Below are positions 1 through 6,448 of a stretch of DNA of 10,619 bases, one piece after another. How positions within the stretch are numbered: the first letter of the stretch is position 1; every line of letters begins with the position of its first letter. The stretch covers positions 1 to 10,619 of the IMG/VR virus record IMGVR_UViG_2778261593_000002; one strand, 5' to 3'. The position numbers and the translations under genes were made by a program. The notes under the pieces were generated by a model. That model had not been told where the DNA came from. It saw nothing but the letters and a program-made list of their open reading frames with translations, and did no database searches. The DNA comes from a virus (Duplodnaviria; Heunggongvirae; Uroviricota; Caudoviricetes).

Positions 1-101
1 TAAGTATTCTGCGCAATTTCCCCGACGGTCGCCGGTTCGGTGACGCTTAATTCATTAAACACCACTCTGGCGGTTTCGGTCATATCCTGCTGTTTTAGCA
101 T
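1..101 (-). CDS. Window-truncated CDS (first 33 codons only), unknown product; first gene downstream of the Q-dependent late promoter/terminator
   Basis: ATG at 101..99 preceded by AAGGGA Shine-Dalgarno-like motif about 7 nt upstream; frame stays open to the window edge; translation MLKQQDMTETARVVFNELSVTEPATVGEIAQNT. No family recognised. Confidence 0.3.
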   Translation of the reverse strand, partial: MLKQQDMTETARVVFNELSVTEPATVGEIAQNT

Positions 102-224
102 GTCTTTTTCCCTTTTAAGGTTAACGTGACATACCAATAACTCTTGTCGAAAAAGCCAGCAAGCTGAAAGACCGGTATCCGCAACCACCAGCTCGTTTAA
201 CGTCCTGTACCGCTTTTCGGGCAC

Positions 225-251
225 AAAAAAACCCGCTTGGCGGCGGGTTTT
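225..251 (-). terminator. Intrinsic terminator (tR'-like) downstream of Q and the late promoter; bidirectional architecture
   Basis: Plus strand reads AAAAAAA-CCCGC-TTGGCG-GCGGG-TTTT: 5-bp GC stem (232-236 / 243-247), 6-nt loop, flanked by A-run and T-run. On the minus strand the hairpin is followed by 7 U residues. Confidence 0.6.
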
Positions 252-301
252 GCTTACTTTGCCATCGCGTACAAAATCGGCAAAATATCAGATTTGCATG
301 A

Positions 302-330
302 AATATATGCTTTTCAATCTACTTTTGCAA
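302..330 (-). promoter_or_regulatory. Sigma70 promoter directly after the Q stop codon (PR'-like late promoter, candidate qut region)
   Basis: Minus strand reads TTGCAA (coords 330..325) - 17 nt - TATATT (307..302). The -35 overlaps the last Q codons; predicted start near 295, about 50-70 nt upstream of the terminator at 225-251. A -10-like TATTTT lies in the early transcribed region. Confidence 0.5.
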
Positions 331-1003
331 TACTTTGCTTTGAAAATGCCGCCTTTTGTTCCGAACGCGTCCTCATTACCAACAATAAAGCCTCACTATC
401 CAGCTGGTGGAAAATGTGTTTCATTGCAACCCAGTGACCAGTAAATGTTTTGGACCAGTTTTTAGTTGTCACTCCCGCCAGTAATGCCAGATCCTGGTAT
501 TCATAACCTTCCCCGCCAAAAAGTTCTGCTTTTACTGCCTGCGCCGCCAGCCAGATTAATTTTTTCAGGCGTTCCCGTGTTTTCTCTGCAATTTTCCTGT
601 TGCCAGAATGAGCCTTAAACTCTTCCCATGCCCAGCGGGTTATGGTGACCTGATACTCCCAGCAAATATTTCCGCTGTAACACCACAACAACCAGGTTTT
701 ATGAGGTTCTTCAAGAGACAGAACAGCCCGTCGCCATGAGGATGTCGAAAACTCAACCTGACTTACCAGAGGAATTGACGTCCCCTTCGCCAGCGATTGT
801 TTCCCCGGGATTGGTGGATTATCCCGCGTGATCATTTTTCCAGTCACTTCATCGCAGTACCGGATTTTTTTACGCCTGTAACGCCCTGTATCGAACATGG
901 CATTCTCCTGCCAGGCTTCAAGCTGACCTTTTGTTGCCCCACTCAAATCGGCGGTGGCGATAATGAGCTGCTCACGAACAAACTGTAAATACTGGTTATT
1001 CAT
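314..1003 (-). CDS. Phage antitermination protein Q (non-lambda, phage 82/21-type Q family), 229 aa
   Basis: ORF 314..1039 trimmed to ATG at 1003..1001, which overlaps the rusA stop (ATGA coupling). It sits directly downstream of rusA and upstream of a strong promoter plus terminator, the canonical Q position. Family assignment is from memory of Q-like proteins. Confidence 0.65.
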   Translation of the reverse strand: MNNQYLQFVREQLIIATADLSGATKGQLEAWQENAMFDTGRYRRKKIRYCDEVTGKMITRDNPPIPGKQSLAKGTSIPLVSQVEFSTSSWRRAVLSLEEPHKTWLLWCYSGNICWEYQVTITRWAWEEFKAHSGNRKIAEKTRERLKKLIWLAAQAVKAELFGGEGYEYQDLALLAGVTTKNWSKTFTGHWVAMKHIFHQLDSEALLLVMRTRSEQKAAFSKQSIAKVD

Positions 1004-1365
1004 GCGCACTCCAGTTCTGTGATTTTTATCCCCAACCAACCACCAGGAACAGGCAGTCCGCGCACAATATTTATTTCATCAAACTGCTCGTCGTCTATGA
1101 GAAGTCCGGCATGCGTCAGCGCATCCAGTGGTGCTTTCAGAATATTGTCCAGGTCACGACGGCGCTTATCCGGTGGCTCCGCAGTAATTTTTATTGCCAG
1201 CCTTCCGGACAGGTTTAATTTCAGTCGCTGCTGGCGAACAATAAGCGCCACATCCCGGCGATAACGCTCACCGGCTTTTGATACAAAATATGTGCTGCCA
1301 CGACGTCGCCAGTAGGTGTTTACCGTCGGCGGGTAAGGCAAAACAAATTCTATGCGTTCAGTCAT
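1000..1365 (-). CDS. rusA: Crossover junction endodeoxyribonuclease RusA (Holliday junction resolvase), 121 aa
   Basis: Translation contains LPYPPTVNTYW, PDKRRRDLDN and DALTHAGLLIDDEQ blocks matching motifs I recall from E. coli RusA (LPWPPS, PDRRRRDLDN, DALTKAG..DD). Size and position before Q match lambdoid nin-region rusA. Confidence 0.88.
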   Translation of the reverse strand: MTERIEFVLPYPPTVNTYWRRRGSTYFVSKAGERYRRDVALIVRQQRLKLNLSGRLAIKITAEPPDKRRRDLDNILKAPLDALTHAGLLIDDEQFDEINIVRGLPVPGGWLGIKITELECA

Positions 1366-1366
1366 T

Positions 1367-2699
1367 TCATGCTTTCCACTTCAGAACACCCGAATTTTTC
1401 GCGTGCATTAAAAAACGAATCAGCAACAACAGCTGGCTGCCGTGTTTTTCTTCAAAATCTTTTACCCCAGCATGCAGTTCGTTATGGCATTTGCGGCACA
1501 GCGGAATAACAAACAAATCGTCAGCCTTTGTTCCCATCCCTCCCAGCCCATGACCAATGATGTGGTGCGGATCATCTGCCTGATTGCCACACGTCACGCA
1601 TTTCTGCGTTTTTACCCAGCGCGTGTATACGGGCATCTCTTCCCGTTGTGGTTTCTGGCGCTGGAGATACTGAGCCGGAGACTCCGGATCAACGGCAATG
1701 CTGACCACCGTCTTTTCCTGTGGCAGGCTCTGTTGCTGGTGGACGTGAGGCGGTAGCACAATATTTTTTGTGCGCTGCTTCAGTATGCTGGTGGCTGTCT
1801 GCTCTCCAGGTACGATGTCGCTGTCGCGGTACACTGAGAGGATTTTATCCGCACGCAATCCCAGCGAACGACGTAATACTGCCTCCGGTAATGCGTCCGC
1901 TACCTGATTGCAGACCGCCCACCAGGATAATTCAGCCAGCGATAATTCCCGCTCCTGTGTGCCATTCATTGCGTGACGGATGACGTCAGTCATCCATGCT
2001 GACAGGTTTTGATGAGCAAGTTGCCCGAGTGATTCGGAAGTCTGGTCACGCAGCTGGTTGTCGCAGTGCCAGCACAACACCATCGCGCCGGTACCGTAAC
2101 GATGTATGACGGTTTCGCTGTGGTGATAGTCGCCATGAGGCCACTGGCAGGATTTGACATGACGCAACAGCCAGTCAGAAAGTGCACCAGCGCCGCCAGC
2201 AGCACGAATCACCCGTTCGTTACTGAAAAACGGCAGCAATGTTTTGTCTTCCGCCAGCGGCTGGCGAATGGCAGGAACGACTCCGGACGGCAGACCGCGC
2301 ATGCTTTTCGGTTCCGGCTCCACCAGCACTCGAGGGTTATGAAATACCTGCATGGATTCACGACCAGGCTTAAGGACCACCAGCCCGAGTTCCGGTACCG
2401 GAACAGGTCGAAGCAATACCCGCACGTTACCTCCAGATCCGTTGCTGGAATGTGCGGGACGGACGCGGTGGGCGTTCAGAGTAAGGCAGTCTGACTGAGA
2501 TGATCCAGTGTCGGAAGTCGAGGCTGAGGTCTTTCTGAAACTCGTAACCACGTCTGCGGTAGTTCTGAATCAGCCATTCGGCCTGTTCTTCAGTGCATGG
2601 ATCATGCTGGAACCAGTCAGATTTGAATGCATGAGAACGCCGCCCGTGCCTGCTGGCAAGGTCGGTATCAGAATTGTGATGTTTGGTATTGTGCGCCAT
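1367..2699 (-). pseudogene. DUF968-family (YdfU-like) protein with HNH-like Cys/His zinc motif, split across two reading frames (frameshift or sequencing error)
   Basis: C-terminal part in ORF 1367..2551 contains CVTCGN..HHIIGHGLGG..CRKCHNELH. N-terminal part is in a different frame (ORF 2427..2825, probable ATG at 2699..2697). The two frames overlap over 2427..2569 and both look coding-like. Same position as ydfU between hok and Q in Qin-type prophages. Confidence 0.5.
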
Positions 2700-2760
2700 C
2701 GGTTTTCTCTGCTGGCGCAGCAGGTGCCAGTTGTTCAGGCTGGCCTGTGGATTGTAAACC

Positions 2761-2786
2761 AGAATACGTAAAACAAAAAACCCGCC
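2761..2786 (-). terminator. Intrinsic terminator of the hok/mok mRNA
   Basis: Minus strand reads AACCCGC-UUCG-GCGGGUU followed by UUUUUGUUUU: 6-bp GC stem, UUCG tetraloop, U-run (plus-strand A-run 2761-2770). Confidence 0.6.
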
Positions 2787-2791
2787 GAAGC

Positions 2792-2806
2792 GGGTTAAGC
2801 GCGGGT
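2792..2806 (-). promoter_or_regulatory. 3' fold-back element of the hok mRNA (fbi-like), complementary to the predicted mRNA 5' end
   Basis: Plus 2792-2806 GCGGGTGCGTTGAGG is the reverse complement of plus 3180-3193 CCTCAAGCACCCGC with a single 1-nt bulge, so the 5' and 3' ends of the minus-strand transcript can form a 14-bp duplex, as in hok-family mRNAs. Confidence 0.5.
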
Positions 2807-2865
2807 GCGTTGAGGATGCCGACACATCAGAGGTGGCGGGAGATTACTCTCCCGCCTGGTCACTC

Positions 2866-3021
2866 TTACTTCTCAGATTCGTAGTCTACGAAGACAGCAA
2901 CCTCCGTCTGGCCGGTTCGGATTCGTACCTCGCAGAGGTCTTTCCTCGTTACCAGTGCCGTCACTATGACGGTTAAACAGATGACGATCAGGGCGATTAA
3001 CATCGCCTTTTGCTGCTTCAT
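2866..3021 (-). CDS. hok: Hok/Gef-family type I toxin (small membrane peptide), 51 aa
   Basis: MKQQKAMLIALIVICLTVIVTALVTRKDLCEVRIRTGQTEVAVFVDYESEK is near-identical to Hok/Gef/RelF family sequences recalled from memory. ATG at 3021..3019 with AAGGAG Shine-Dalgarno 9 nt upstream. Confidence 0.9.
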   Translation of the reverse strand: MKQQKAMLIALIVICLTVIVTALVTRKDLCEVRIRTGQTEVAVFVDYESEK

Positions 3022-3078
3022 AGCCTGCTTCTCCTTGCCTTTCGGCACGTAAGAGGCTAACCTACATTTGTGAGACAT
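2866..3078 (-). CDS. mok: Mok-like in-frame N-terminally extended reading frame sharing the hok stop codon (70 aa)
   Basis: ATG at 3078..3076 with GAGG about 9 nt upstream; in frame with hok and adds 19 residues (MSHKCRLASYVPKGKEKQA). This mirrors the mokC/hokC arrangement (longer frame sharing the 3' end). Confidence 0.55.
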   Translation of the reverse strand: MSHKCRLASYVPKGKEKQAMKQQKAMLIALIVICLTVIVTALVTRKDLCEVRIRTGQTEVAVFVDYESEK

Positions 3079-3120
3079 AGATTGGGCCTCAGATTAATGT
3101 TAAGCGTCTTGCAGGACGCG
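3035..3120 (+). ncRNA. Candidate Sok-like antisense RNA region (promoter plus RNA) opposite the mok translation initiation region
   Basis: Plus strand TTGCCT (3035-3040) - 17 nt - TAACCT (3058-3063) would start transcription near 3070, antisense to the mok Shine-Dalgarno/ATG (3076-3095). A hairpin GCGTC-TTGCAG-GACGC lies at 3104-3119 but no clean U-run follows. Weak evidence. Confidence 0.25.
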
Positions 3121-3179
3121 TAATGTTAACTGGGGCTTTTCTCTATCTGCCTTTTGGTGTTCATGCCTGAGGCAGATAG

Positions 3180-3225
3180 CCTCAAGCACCCGCAGCAATT
3201 CTACTTAACTCTCCTTTTCCCGCAA
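3180..3225 (-). promoter_or_regulatory. Putative hok/mok promoter and mRNA 5' end
   Basis: Minus strand TTGCGG (3225..3220) - 16 nt - TAGAAT (3203..3198); predicted start near 3191, which coincides with the 5' partner (3193..3180) of the fold-back pairing. A 9-bp hairpin CTATCTGCC / GGCAGATAG (3144-3179) lies in the leader. Confidence 0.4.
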
Positions 3226-3232
3226 ACCGTTT

Positions 3233-3316
3233 TTATCCCCATCGGCAAATCGAATACACCACCAGCGCCACCGCCATCGCAATTCCTACTGTAGTGAATG
3301 CCTCAGGCCAGGTCAT
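3233..3316 (-). CDS. Possible 27-aa hydrophobic small protein (below the ORF-track cutoff)
   Basis: ATG at 3316..3314 overlaps the stop of the upstream gene (ATGA); translation MTWPEAFTTVGIAMAVALVVYSICRWG ends at TAA 3235..3233. One predicted transmembrane-like segment. It overlaps the predicted hok promoter. Confidence 0.3.
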   Translation of the reverse strand: MTWPEAFTTVGIAMAVALVVYSICRWG

Positions 3317-3708
3317 CGATTCACCTCCTGCTCAATATTTTTAAGGTCATTTTCCGCATACAGTATTGCTGTCCTGGCTGCTCGTAACCGGGCTTTGGCG
3401 TTTTTCTCTTCACGTTCAAGTTTTGCCACAGCTTCACGAAGAGCATCCCGCTTTGCATAGAGTGATTTTATCTCAGACACTATGTTTTCACCGTTTCTCG
3501 CACGCTCGAGAACAAGCTCGAACGGATCTAAAGCCAATCCGCATCGGTTACAGGTAATCGTACGATTCACTTCTGAAATTGTTGTACGGATATGCTGACA
3601 GCATTTTTGCTCGCCGCTTTTTCTGTCGGTTATCACAACGTTGAGGAGTCCTTCCTCCTCTGATTTTGGCTGTACCAGGGTGATAACATTGTCGACTTCA
3701 TTTTTCAT
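3313..3708 (-). CDS. Hypothetical phage protein, 131 aa, N-terminal Cys cluster (CC..C..C) and C-terminal coiled-coil-like region
   Basis: ATG at 3708..3706 overlaps the upstream stop (ATGA) with AGGAGG 7 nt upstream; C-terminus is Lys/Glu/Arg/Ala-rich (AKLEREEKNAKARLRAARTAILYAENDLKNIEQEV). Confidence 0.6.
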   Translation of the reverse strand: MKNEVDNVITLVQPKSEEEGLLNVVITDRKSGEQKCCQHIRTTISEVNRTITCNRCGLALDPFELVLERARNGENIVSEIKSLYAKRDALREAVAKLEREEKNAKARLRAARTAILYAENDLKNIEQEVNR

Positions 3709-4241
3709 CAGTTCACCTCCTGCGGTGGTTCTGGTAGCGGCATCCAGTGAGTTGCCTGCTCAATATCATTACCCGGCTTAATCGTTGCATCCCCTCTCCG
3801 GAATGTACTTCCGGTATAGCGTGCGGAGCATATTAGCGGTTCAACCAGAGAGCTATCGAAATTCACCGAAATGAGCACGTTCTGATTCTTCTCAGGCATT
3901 CGCTCACTACAGCTTATCCAGTCATTTTTAATGCCACTATCCTGACTCTGAAGCATAGTGGCGCGGTGACACCAGATAATCCAGCCAAGCGCCATATCCC
4001 ATGCCATGTATTCGCTATCGCCATTTTTTGCCCTGCGACGATCTACAGATTCCCCGAAACGCTTCTCCATAAATAATTCATAGGCTGCCCGTTCATCCGA
4101 TACTGCTTCCAGCGATGCCAGTGCGATACGAAACACATCAGCAAGTAGGCTGTTTGAAGATTGGTTATCGTGCGCCGGATCGCTCAGGAAACCAGTGATG
4201 AATGATTTAATCTCCGCGTTTTCTCTGGTAATAGTGGTCAT
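3708..4241 (-). CDS. DUF551-like phage protein, 177 aa
   Basis: ORF 3708..4331 trimmed to ATG at 4241..4239 with AAGGAG 7 nt upstream; C-terminal THWMPLPEPP motif is what I recall as typical of DUF551 proteins. Start lies 2 nt after the upstream gene stop. Confidence 0.6.
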   Translation of the reverse strand: MTTITRENAEIKSFITGFLSDPAHDNQSSNSLLADVFRIALASLEAVSDERAAYELFMEKRFGESVDRRRAKNGDSEYMAWDMALGWIIWCHRATMLQSQDSGIKNDWISCSERMPEKNQNVLISVNFDSSLVEPLICSARYTGSTFRRGDATIKPGNDIEQATHWMPLPEPPQEVN

Positions 4242-4242
4242 A

Positions 4243-4461
4243 TCAGTTCTCCTTATACGGATTAATTTTATTGTGCAGTGTGTTGAACGACGCCCATACC
4301 ACGTCGTTATACAATTCAATAACGGGCTCAATTACTTTTCCGATTATCCAGGCCAGTAATAGCGGGAATATCGGTATCATCAATACGATAAACAGAATGA
4401 GAAACAGAAATTCTGTCGCTCTACTTTTTCGCGGATATTCTTTTCTGAATAATGTAGTCAT
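4243..4461 (-). CDS. Small predicted membrane protein, 72 aa
   Basis: ATG at 4461..4459; hydrophobic stretch FLFLILFIVLMIPIFPLLLAWIIG; tightly coupled to the downstream DUF551 gene. Confidence 0.5.
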   Translation of the reverse strand: MTTLFRKEYPRKSRATEFLFLILFIVLMIPIFPLLLAWIIGKVIEPVIELYNDVVWASFNTLHNKINPYKEN

Positions 4462-4588
4462 TTCTTACCGCCCTTTCGGGCGGCCTCCGGATGATTTGAG
4501 GGTGCAGGAATCCCTCCGGTTAAGGATTTAATAAAAACCACTTCTGATTTAAATTTTCAGTGTTTTGTTGTCAGGTGGTTTATCGCCT

Positions 4589-5194
4589 TTATGCTTCAGC
4601 CTTATTTCTCAGCCATACACAAACAGGGCCGTCTTCGGTGTCATGTATTGAACCAATAAACCAACCATCGCCCTCTGGTCGTTCCGGTTCCCATGCAGAA
4701 ATATCAGCATCACACGCATCAAGGTCAGCACATCCTTCGTCTCTGAAGCAGAGGACGTATTGAAGATTATTTTCCTCCATCCAGGCGTTAAACTCTTCCG
4801 TTGAAATATACTCCCGACCACCACAGAATTTTTCATATTCAGGATGCGTCCAGTAGCCATATTCATCACGCATTACTGGTATTTCTTTAATTACGTTCAT
4901 CAGTATCACTCCTAATGCTTTGTTAATTGCAGAATGGGCCATTTCGAATTCATCAGTTTTTCTGTCAGCAACACGAACCACCGCTTGCAGGGCTTCAAGT
5001 AATTCTGGTGCTGCCGCTAAAAGCTGAAAATTAGCTTTCTGCATCTGCCAGTCATTGTTGTATTTTGTCACCTTAGCAATTGCCTTATCGCGTTCACTAT
5101 CCACTACCCAGCAATTAGCTGAACCGTGGAAACTTACATGCCATGGACCTGGTGTTCCTTTAAATTTCATGCCATGATTTTTTGTATTGCTCAC
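4589..5194 (-). CDS. Hypothetical phage protein, about 201 aa, acidic Cys-containing C-terminal region
   Basis: ORF 4589..5272; preferred start is GTG at 5194..5192 because GGGAGGA lies 7 nt upstream, whereas the 5272 start and the ATG at 5170 lack a Shine-Dalgarno motif. Contains GTPGPWHV and LLAAAPELLEAL segments. Start choice is uncertain. Confidence 0.5.
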   Translation of the reverse strand: MSNTKNHGMKFKGTPGPWHVSFHGSANCWVVDSERDKAIAKVTKYNNDWQMQKANFQLLAAAPELLEALQAVVRVADRKTDEFEMAHSAINKALGVILMNVIKEIPVMRDEYGYWTHPEYEKFCGGREYISTEEFNAWMEENNLQYVLCFRDEGCADLDACDADISAWEPERPEGDGWFIGSIHDTEDGPVCVWLRNKAEA

Positions 5195-5441
5195 TCGCTT
5201 CCTCCCACGTTTTAATGCTTTCACCACAGAACGGGCAAAATGAAACCCGAACTGGTAATTTAGAAAATTCACCGGATCGCAACATCACCAAATCAGGGCC
5301 GCGAGTTAAACTCTCATTCCAGATTTTGTATATCAGCAGGCCTTTTCGCGTCGTGTATTCAGCATCATGCTCAAGGGATTTTGTCAGTGCCGTACACGGT
5401 TCTATCTGATTGCCCTTAACCTGGCATTTTGATTCACTCAC
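5160..5441 (-). CDS. Hypothetical protein, 93 aa, with a C-terminal CPFC zinc-ribbon-like motif
   Basis: GTG start at 5441..5439 with AGGAG about 11 nt upstream; overlaps the upstream gene by 8 nt; Cys at positions 6 and 16 plus CPFC near the C-terminus. Confidence 0.45.
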   Translation of the reverse strand: MSESKCQVKGNQIEPCTALTKSLEHDAEYTTRKGLLIYKIWNESLTRGPDLVMLRSGEFSKLPVRVSFCPFCGESIKTWEEASEQYKKSWHEI

Positions 5442-5715
5442 TGGTTGCTGTCTCCTGTCGGAACATCACGATCATCAGGCCATCTTTTGTTGCTACCCTG
5501 GCTGTTGTACCAGGCTCTATGCTGCTAAGGTCAAATGCATCACAGAACTCCTCTAACACTTTCTGGCGTCTCTCCTGTTTGCGGCGCTTTTCCCACTGCT
5601 TCAGAAAAACAGAGGTCACCCACTTCCCCGCGCTGAACATGATGTAAAACCAACCAAGCAGAGCCAACCCCGTGTTGAGGGCTGTATCAATCGTTATTGT
5701 TGTGTCGATATTCAC
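5434..5715 (-). CDS. Hypothetical membrane-anchored protein, 93 aa
   Basis: GTG start at 5715..5713 overlapping the upstream stop, AGGAG 10 nt upstream; N-terminal hydrophobic segment LALLGWFYIMFSAG followed by a charged KRRKQERRQK stretch. Confidence 0.45.
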   Translation of the reverse strand: MNIDTTITIDTALNTGLALLGWFYIMFSAGKWVTSVFLKQWEKRRKQERRQKVLEEFCDAFDLSSIEPGTTARVATKDGLMIVMFRQETATSE

Positions 5716-6008
5716 TGTGTCTTCTCCTGGAAAATAACCGCATGCCCCAGTTTCTCCGCCAGTGCCAATTCTGCCTTAGCACCTGCTGACCGCTGCCAGC
5801 CTTTCAGCATGTAAATCGCATCCACACAACGAATCATTGCCATGCAAATATCCATGTAGTGTGGCTGTGTCAGCCCGTCCGGAAGTACTGCCGGGTTTAA
5901 GACTGTATGCCCTTCCCGTTTCAGTTCCTCTTCCGCCTTGTGGAACGCCTCACGGTTGAAATTTTTATACCCGGTCATTGGACCGGCGATATAAACCCTT
6001 ACCCTCAC
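5712..6008 (-). CDS. DUF4406 / nucleoside 2-deoxyribosyltransferase-like protein, 98 aa
   Basis: N-terminal VYIAGPMTG motif is characteristic of that superfamily as I recall it; GTG start at 6008..6006 overlapping the upstream stop (GTGA) with AGGAGG 8 nt upstream. Confidence 0.55.
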   Translation of the reverse strand: MRVRVYIAGPMTGYKNFNREAFHKAEEELKREGHTVLNPAVLPDGLTQPHYMDICMAMIRCVDAIYMLKGWQRSAGAKAELALAEKLGHAVIFQEKTQ

Positions 6009-6406
6009 TCCATCACCTCCTGAAAATCTCCCTGATAGAACGCCAGTACACGCTGCATAACCTCACTCTGACGGCACTCACGGCAAATTATGTTCTGGTG
6101 CCGGTCGTAGGGTTGTGCTCCGGCTTTACCCTGTTTTTGTGCTGGTTTGCGGATAACCCTTGCTTTTCTTGCCGAACTTGCCAGCCATTCACGGTAAACT
6201 CCCTCTGAAAGGAATACCCCTTTTCCGCTGACAACATACACTTCGCCCTGGCTCACCAGCATCTTCAGGTACCGGCGAATGGAATCATGTGAAGCATATG
6301 TTGTCGATGCCAGTTGTGGCATTGTCATACGCCCGTTTTTACGTACAAGGTCAACGATGTGACGCTGTAATCTTTCCCGCTGTTCTTCGGTATAAATAGC
6401 CCCCAT
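6005..6406 (-). CDS. Hypothetical winged-helix-like DNA-binding protein, 133 aa (sits where a helicase loader would be expected)
   Basis: ATG at 6406..6404 with AGGAGA 5 nt upstream; segment MTMPQLASTTYASHDSIRRYLKMLVSQGEVYVV resembles a winged HTH. No AAA+ or DnaC-like motifs seen. Confidence 0.5.
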   Translation of the reverse strand: MGAIYTEEQRERLQRHIVDLVRKNGRMTMPQLASTTYASHDSIRRYLKMLVSQGEVYVVSGKGVFLSEGVYREWLASSARKARVIRKPAQKQGKAGAQPYDRHQNIICRECRQSEVMQRVLAFYQGDFQEVME

Positions 6407-6448
6407 AAACTCTCCTGAGAAAATAACTTCATAACCTCAAATCAACAC

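Noticed and set aside
237-444. Plus-strand ORFs 237..437 and 250..444
   Set aside because: They overlap the Q 3' end, the PR'-like promoter and the terminator on the opposite strand; no ribosome site; most likely spurious.
1019-2771. Plus-strand ORFs (1019..1264, 1278..1553, 1442..1756, 1720..1983, 2066..2494, 2508..2771, 2627..2884) and minus ORF 1990..2205
   Set aside because: All lie antisense to or nested within the rusA and DUF968 reading frames, lack ribosome sites and have atypical composition; treated as shadow ORFs.
4589-5272. Full 227-aa version of the ORF, and an alternative ATG start at 5170
   Set aside because: The 5272 start would overlap the upstream gene by 113 nt and has no Shine-Dalgarno motif, and the ATG at 5170 also lacks one; a GTG at 5194 with GGGAGGA upstream is preferred, though the start remains uncertain.
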